Below the pieces are notes generated by a model. That model made no database searches and was not told the origin of the DNA. It was given only the letters and a program-made list of their open reading frames with translations. The position numbers and the translations under genes were made by a program. A DNA stretch of 64,000 nucleotides from an uncultured Chloroflexia bacterium (lineage in GTDB: Bacteria > Chloroflexota > Limnocylindria > Limnocylindrales > CSP1-4): NCBI GenBank assembly GCA_963838285.1, contig CAWIQP010000006.1, positions 63,267 through 127,266 on the forward strand, given 5' to 3'. Positions 60,132-64,000 of the stretch are shown here, one piece after another. The stretch's first letter is position 1. Every line of letters begins with the position of its first letter.

Positions 60132-61199
60132 TTAGTCGCCGGCGGCGCGCTGGACCGGCGAATAGAGGTGATAGTTCGCCGCCGCGGCCGCCTGGTTTCC
60201 TTCGTGGACCGCGGCGCTGAGCTGATGGTCGTGGAGGTTCGTGGCGTCGCCCGCCGCGTAGACGCCGGCCACGTTCGTCAGCTGCTGCGAGGTAGCGACG
60301 ATCTGGCCGATGGCGTTCAGCTCCAGCCCGAGCTGCCGCGCGAGGTCGTTCTGGGCCCGCGTCCTCCTCACCGTGTAGACCAGTTCGACCGGGATCCGGG
60401 TGCGAGCGGGATCGTCGAGGACGAGCGCCTGCATCTCGCCGTCCCGGTTCTCGTATTCGGCGACGCCGTGCGGGTGCGTCGCGACGCCGTTCGCGGCCAG
60501 GTCGGCCAGCCGCGCGGCCGGCACCTCGAAGCCCTCCGGACGACCGGCGACGATCGTGACCCGCCTCGTAAAAACCAGCAGGTCCAGCGCGGTCTGGACC
60601 GCCTCTTCGTCGTGACCCACGACGCCGACCTCGCGATCTATCGCTTCGTAGCCGTCGCAGTGGATGCACCAGAAGAGGCTCCGCCCGACGCACTCGTCGC
60701 GCCCGGCGAACTCCGGGAAATGACCGAATACTCCGGTCGCGACGATCACCGTCCTCGCCAGAACCTTCAGCGGGGCGCCCTCGGGGACCTCGCCGAACAT
60801 CCGGGCCATCTCCGCGTCGCGGGGCAGGCTCGGCCCCGGCGCGTGCCCCCAGGCTCCGCCCTCGGGCAGACGCTCGATGACCAGCCGGAACCGGTCGCCC
60901 TCGCGTGTCGCGGTGGCGACGTGGCCGATCAGGAGCCGGGCCCCGTACTTGGCCGCCTGGCGCCAGCCCAGCCGGCGGATGTCGTCGGCAGGTATCCCGT
61001 CCGGGAAACCCAGGTAGTTGTGGATGCTGTGCTGCCAGCGGAAACGGTCGCGCTCGTCGACGAGGAGGACGCTGCGGCGCAGGCGTCCCATGTTGACGGC
61101 GGCCGAGAGTCCGGCCGCGCCGCCTCCGACGACGACGCAGTCGATCTCGTCTGGAAAAGGCCGTGGTGACCCGCTCGGGGAGGATTCGGACGGTTTCAT
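60132..61199 (-). CDS. FAD/NAD(P)-dependent oxidoreductase, thioredoxin-reductase-like
   Basis: CVVVGGGAAGLSAA FAD motif, a redox-type CIHCDG (CxxC) motif, a second dinucleotide motif VGVVGHDEEA, and GVYAAGD. Confidence 0.8.
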   Translation of the reverse strand: MKPSESSPSGSPRPFPDEIDCVVVGGGAAGLSAAVNMGRLRRSVLLVDERDRFRWQHSIHNYLGFPDGIPADDIRRLGWRQAAKYGARLLIGHVATATREGDRFRLVIERLPEGGAWGHAPGPSLPRDAEMARMFGEVPEGAPLKVLARTVIVATGVFGHFPEFAGRDECVGRSLFWCIHCDGYEAIDREVGVVGHDEEAVQTALDLLVFTRRVTIVAGRPEGFEVPAARLADLAANGVATHPHGVAEYENRDGEMQALVLDDPARTRIPVELVYTVRRTRAQNDLARQLGLELNAIGQIVATSQQLTNVAGVYAAGDATNLHDHQLSAAVHEGNQAAAAANYHLYSPVQRAAGD

Positions 61200-61267
61200 G
61201 GCTCAATCATGCACCGACTCGGCCGGGACGGCTGAGCCCCGGGGCGGGCCATGCGACGGCCGCCGAT

Positions 61268-61573
61268 CTACTCGCCCGCTCCGGCAACCCACTCCGAGAG
61301 GACCGGCGACGACATCGTCGGCGAGAACTCCGCGACGTCATACGTCGCCAGACCTTCGAGCGCGAACGGGTCTCGATCCATGTATGTGCGCAGCGCTTCC
61401 TCGGACCCGGCCCGGGCCACGACGATGCCTCCAGTCCGTGGCTCCCGCGGGCCGGAGACGAGCAGCATCCCCGCGTCGTATCCCTCCCGCAGGAAGGCCG
61501 CGTGGCGCGGGACGGCCTCCCCGAACGACTCGAAAGGAGTCAGGAACGTGAGCGTGACGACGAAGTGGCGCAT
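61268..61573 (-). CDS. YciI-family protein
   Basis: 101 aa, MRHFVVTLTF...HAAFLREGYDAGMLLVSGP...IVVARAGSEEALRTYMDRDPF. Confidence 0.75.
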   Translation of the reverse strand: MRHFVVTLTFLTPFESFGEAVPRHAAFLREGYDAGMLLVSGPREPRTGGIVVARAGSEEALRTYMDRDPFALEGLATYDVAEFSPTMSSPVLSEWVAGAGE

Positions 61574-61624
61574 CTCTCCTCCAGCGCGTGTCCGGTGGGT
61601 GGGCGGCTCGCCCGCGCCGAGAGA

Positions 61625-62437
61625 CTAGGAGCGGAGGCCCGCCGGCGGATTGTAGAAATGCGACTTCGTGGCCAGCTCGCCGAAGAGCGCCGTGGGCGTG
61701 AGGCCCGTCAGCTCCCTGATATCGTGGATGGCATGAGCCTGGTCGTAGTAGCCCAGATCGAGGGCGCGCGGCAGGTACGGTCTGCCGGGCTCGAGCGCCT
61801 GCGAGCGCACCAGCTTGTAGGTCCGAACGAGCCGGCCGAACCGTTTGGGGCCGATGCCCGCGGCGGCCGTGAATCGGCGCTCCAGCTGCCGGGGACCGAG
61901 GTCGACCATTCGGGCGACGGCATCGATTCGAACTTCCGCGGCATCCCGGTATAGCGCGGCGATCGCCCGATCGGCGACGGCATCCGGACGGGCGTGCCGG
62001 TCGCGTCGCGCCCGCAGCCAGCCGGCCAGCAGGCTCGTTCGGGCCTCGAACGACCGCCCTTCGGCCAGTCGCTCGCAGAGGCGGGCGATCTCGGCACCCC
62101 ATATCGATGTGGCATCCGCGGTCCCCTCCGGCAGCTCGATTGGGGGCAGCGGCAGCACGTGGCGAAAGGCGCCGGCGCGGAACCGAATCGCGATGAAGTC
62201 GAGGCGGCGGGCGGGTGCCAGCTGAAGCGAACGCGTCCGCATCGCCAGGACGTGGGCGGGCGGCAGCGATCCGTCGGAGATCGAGAACGGCGCACCGACA
62301 TGAAAGAAGATCTCGGCGCCGACGCCCGGCGCGTAGGGCGCCGGTCTCACCGTCTCGTCCGGCTCACCCCGCCAGCCCCAGAATCGATCGACGAGCGGCG
62401 CAAGGTCGGCGGGCGGAGGGCTGGAGAATCGGTCCAC
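61625..62437 (-). CDS. AraC-family transcriptional regulator
   Basis: C-terminal double HTH: ...ARMVDLGPRQLERRFTAAAGIGPKRFGRLVR...ALDLGYYDQAHAIHDIRELTGLTP. GTG start chosen at 62437. Confidence 0.8.
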   Translation of the reverse strand: MDRFSSPPPADLAPLVDRFWGWRGEPDETVRPAPYAPGVGAEIFFHVGAPFSISDGSLPPAHVLAMRTRSLQLAPARRLDFIAIRFRAGAFRHVLPLPPIELPEGTADATSIWGAEIARLCERLAEGRSFEARTSLLAGWLRARRDRHARPDAVADRAIAALYRDAAEVRIDAVARMVDLGPRQLERRFTAAAGIGPKRFGRLVRTYKLVRSQALEPGRPYLPRALDLGYYDQAHAIHDIRELTGLTPTALFGELATKSHFYNPPAGLRS

Positions 62438-62459
62438 GTCGCGATCCCGGCAGCCCGAG

Positions 62460-63695
62460 CTAAGGCTGCCAGAAAACCTGCGTCGCCCCCGCGGTGCCCG
62501 CCAGAGGCGTCGGGTTCGTGCCGTCGGCCCCGACCACGACAACGCCGCTGGAGCTCGCGCTGGACGGATCCGAGGACCCCAGGCAGGCGAGCTTCGATCC
62601 GTCGGGAGACCAGGAGACCCCCGACCACGGAGCATCGACCTGGAAGACCGGCCCGTACACGTCGGTCGCCGCCTTCGTCGCCGGCTTCACCACGACGAGA
62701 CCGCGCTCGACGGTGCTGCCCGAGGTCCGGATAAAGGCCAGCGACTTGCCGTCCGGCGACCAGATGGGGTCGCCGTCCGAACTGCCGACGACGCCCAGGT
62801 TGACCTGCTGAGTGCCGTCCAGGTTCGCAACGAAGGCGTTCGAGAACATGCTGGTGCTGTTGGGGTCGGTGACCGAGTAGGCGAGCTGCGACCCGTCGGG
62901 CGATACCGCCGGCACGCCGAATTGCAGACTCGAGGACGTTATCGCGGTGATCTTGCCGCTGGCCACGTCCACCAGGGTCAGCGGGCCCAGGGCGTTCGCC
63001 TGCCCCCAGCGAGCCCACACGAGGGTCTTTCCGTCGGGCGTCCAGGCGATCGGGCCGATGCTTCCCTCGCCCGTGGCGAGAGTGCGCAGGTTGGTCCCGT
63101 CGGCGTTCATCACCATCAGGTCCTGCTGCATGGCCGACGGGTCGACCTGCGTGGCCGTGCCCTTGCAGAGATCCGCCGTCAACCCGTGGGTCCGCCGGAA
63201 GAAGACGACCTGACTGTCGTCGGGAGACCACCGGAAGTAGTAATCGCCGGCCTTGAACTGGACGGCGCTCGGCGTCGCCGCGCCGCCGGCGGCGGGATAG
63301 TCGGACAGGTGCGGCACGCAGTTCGCGTCCTCGGTGAGGACGTGGATGGCGGTGCCGTCGTGCGACCAGCTCGCCTGCACGGCCTGTGCGACGTCGCGAC
63401 GCCCGCTGCCGTCGGCGCCGACCACGGCCGCCTCGCCGTTCGCGTAGCCGCCCTGGTCGGCCGGCGCCACGAAGTACAGGAGCAGCGTCCCTCCGGCCGC
63501 CGCGGGAGTGACGGCGGGACTAGACGGCACCGGCGTCGGGCTCGCCGTCGGAGCGCGAGTTGGCGCCGCCGCGGAGGCGAGCGGCGATGCGAGCGGCGAA
63601 GGGACGCCGGCCGACGGAGAGACGCCCGAGGCGACGCACCCGGCAAGAGCGATCGGCAGCAGCGCCGCGGCTACCGGGAACCTCAGCGAACGCAT
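62460..63695 (-). CDS. TolB-like/PD40 beta-propeller lipoprotein
   Basis: Lipobox IALAGC, a Pro/Ala/Ser linker, then repeated W(S/T)PDG(K/S).L(A/V) motifs: WSPDDSQVVF, WTPDGKTLVW, VSPDGSQLAY, WSPDGKSLAF, WSPDGSKLAC. Confidence 0.75.
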   Translation of the reverse strand: MRSLRFPVAAALLPIALAGCVASGVSPSAGVPSPLASPLASAAAPTRAPTASPTPVPSSPAVTPAAAGGTLLLYFVAPADQGGYANGEAAVVGADGSGRRDVAQAVQASWSHDGTAIHVLTEDANCVPHLSDYPAAGGAATPSAVQFKAGDYYFRWSPDDSQVVFFRRTHGLTADLCKGTATQVDPSAMQQDLMVMNADGTNLRTLATGEGSIGPIAWTPDGKTLVWARWGQANALGPLTLVDVASGKITAITSSSLQFGVPAVSPDGSQLAYSVTDPNSTSMFSNAFVANLDGTQQVNLGVVGSSDGDPIWSPDGKSLAFIRTSGSTVERGLVVVKPATKAATDVYGPVFQVDAPWSGVSWSPDGSKLACLGSSDPSSASSSGVVVVGADGTNPTPLAGTAGATQVFWQP

Positions 63696-63832
63696 CGCGA
63701 CTCCTCCATCCCTGGCCGGGTCAGGCGCCACCGTCCTGCCTCACGGCAATCATAGAGGCAGAAGCCGCAGCCCCAGACACCGAAGGCCGGCCCTCGAAAC
63801 GGCGAGTCCGGCGCGGCGGATACGGAGGGGAA

Positions 63833-63909
63833 TGGTGGGCGATACTGGACTCGAACCAGTGACCTCGCGGATGTGAACCGCGCGCTCTAACCAGCTGAGC
63901 TAATCGCCC
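63833..63909 (-). tRNA. tRNA-Val (anticodon CAC), CCA encoded
   Basis: Minus strand: GGGCGAU-UA-GCUC-AGCUGGUUA-GAGC-G-CGCGG-UUCACAU-CCGCG-AGGUC-ACUGG-UUCGAGU-CCAGU-AUCGCCC-A-CCA. All four stems are perfectly paired. Confidence 0.95.
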
Positions 63910-63942
63910 ACGAGACCGGGCGCCGGAAGCGCCGGAGGCCGA

Positions 63943-63948
63943 ATTATA
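63943..63948 (-). promoter_or_regulatory. perfect TATAAT -10 box about 34 nt upstream of the tRNA-Val 5' end
   Basis: The minus strand reads ...GGGCCGCTATAATTCGGCC.... No convincing -35 element. Confidence 0.35.
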
Positions 63949-64000
63949 GCGGCCCGATGCCTCGTGCCGGGCGTCGGCGCGGTCGGGCTCGCCGCGAAGC

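Overview
This is a very GC-rich (roughly 70% by eye) bacterial chromosomal segment. Most of the six-frame ORF track is GC artefact: long Arg/Pro/Gly/Ala-rich ORFs antisense to, or out of frame with, real genes. All protein calls below rest on motifs I recognise by reading the translations; no database search was possible.

Gene content, mostly on the minus strand:
- 770-14242: a ten-gene purine operon, purA-purD-purB-purC-purS-purQ-purL-purF-purM-purN::purH, with mostly overlapping stop and start codons.
- 14591-24977: a nucleoside-salvage neighbourhood. It holds deoC, an RCC1-repeat lipoprotein, an orphan ssb, punA, cdd, a udp-like phosphorylase and a BMP-family nucleoside ABC transporter.
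- 25128-40382: rsmI, a split glutamine-type NAD synthetase (CN-hydrolase gene plus nadE), and two tandem paralogous Opp/Dpp-type peptide ABC operons.
- 40714-45191: glycine cleavage genes gcvT-gcvH-gcvPA-gcvPB.
- 45261-50217: a NUDIX gene, a DUF2520-like gene and aconitase acnA.
- 50482-56927: an aldo/keto reductase, a YciI gene, and an iorA-iorB-paaK-ACT arylpyruvate/arylacetate cluster.
- 57899-63909: mgsA, an IS5/IS1182-like insertion sequence, then genes for a TrxR-like flavoprotein, a second YciI protein, an AraC regulator and a TolB-like lipoprotein, and tRNA-Val(CAC).

No defence, toxin, CRISPR or prophage system is visible. The unexplained signal is in the non-coding DNA:
- A dispersed 190-260 bp element with complementary ends occurs three times (407-668, 51797-51998, 57354-57543), next to unusual GC-rich tandem arrays and microsatellites.
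- A roughly 190-nt promoter-to-terminator unit sits directly upstream of purA. It looks like an unclassified leader, riboswitch or sRNA.
- Six single-nucleotide frame disruptions, all at short homopolymers, affect purL, both peptide-binding protein genes and the transposase. They look more like sequence-quality artefacts than biology, but they need read-level checking.
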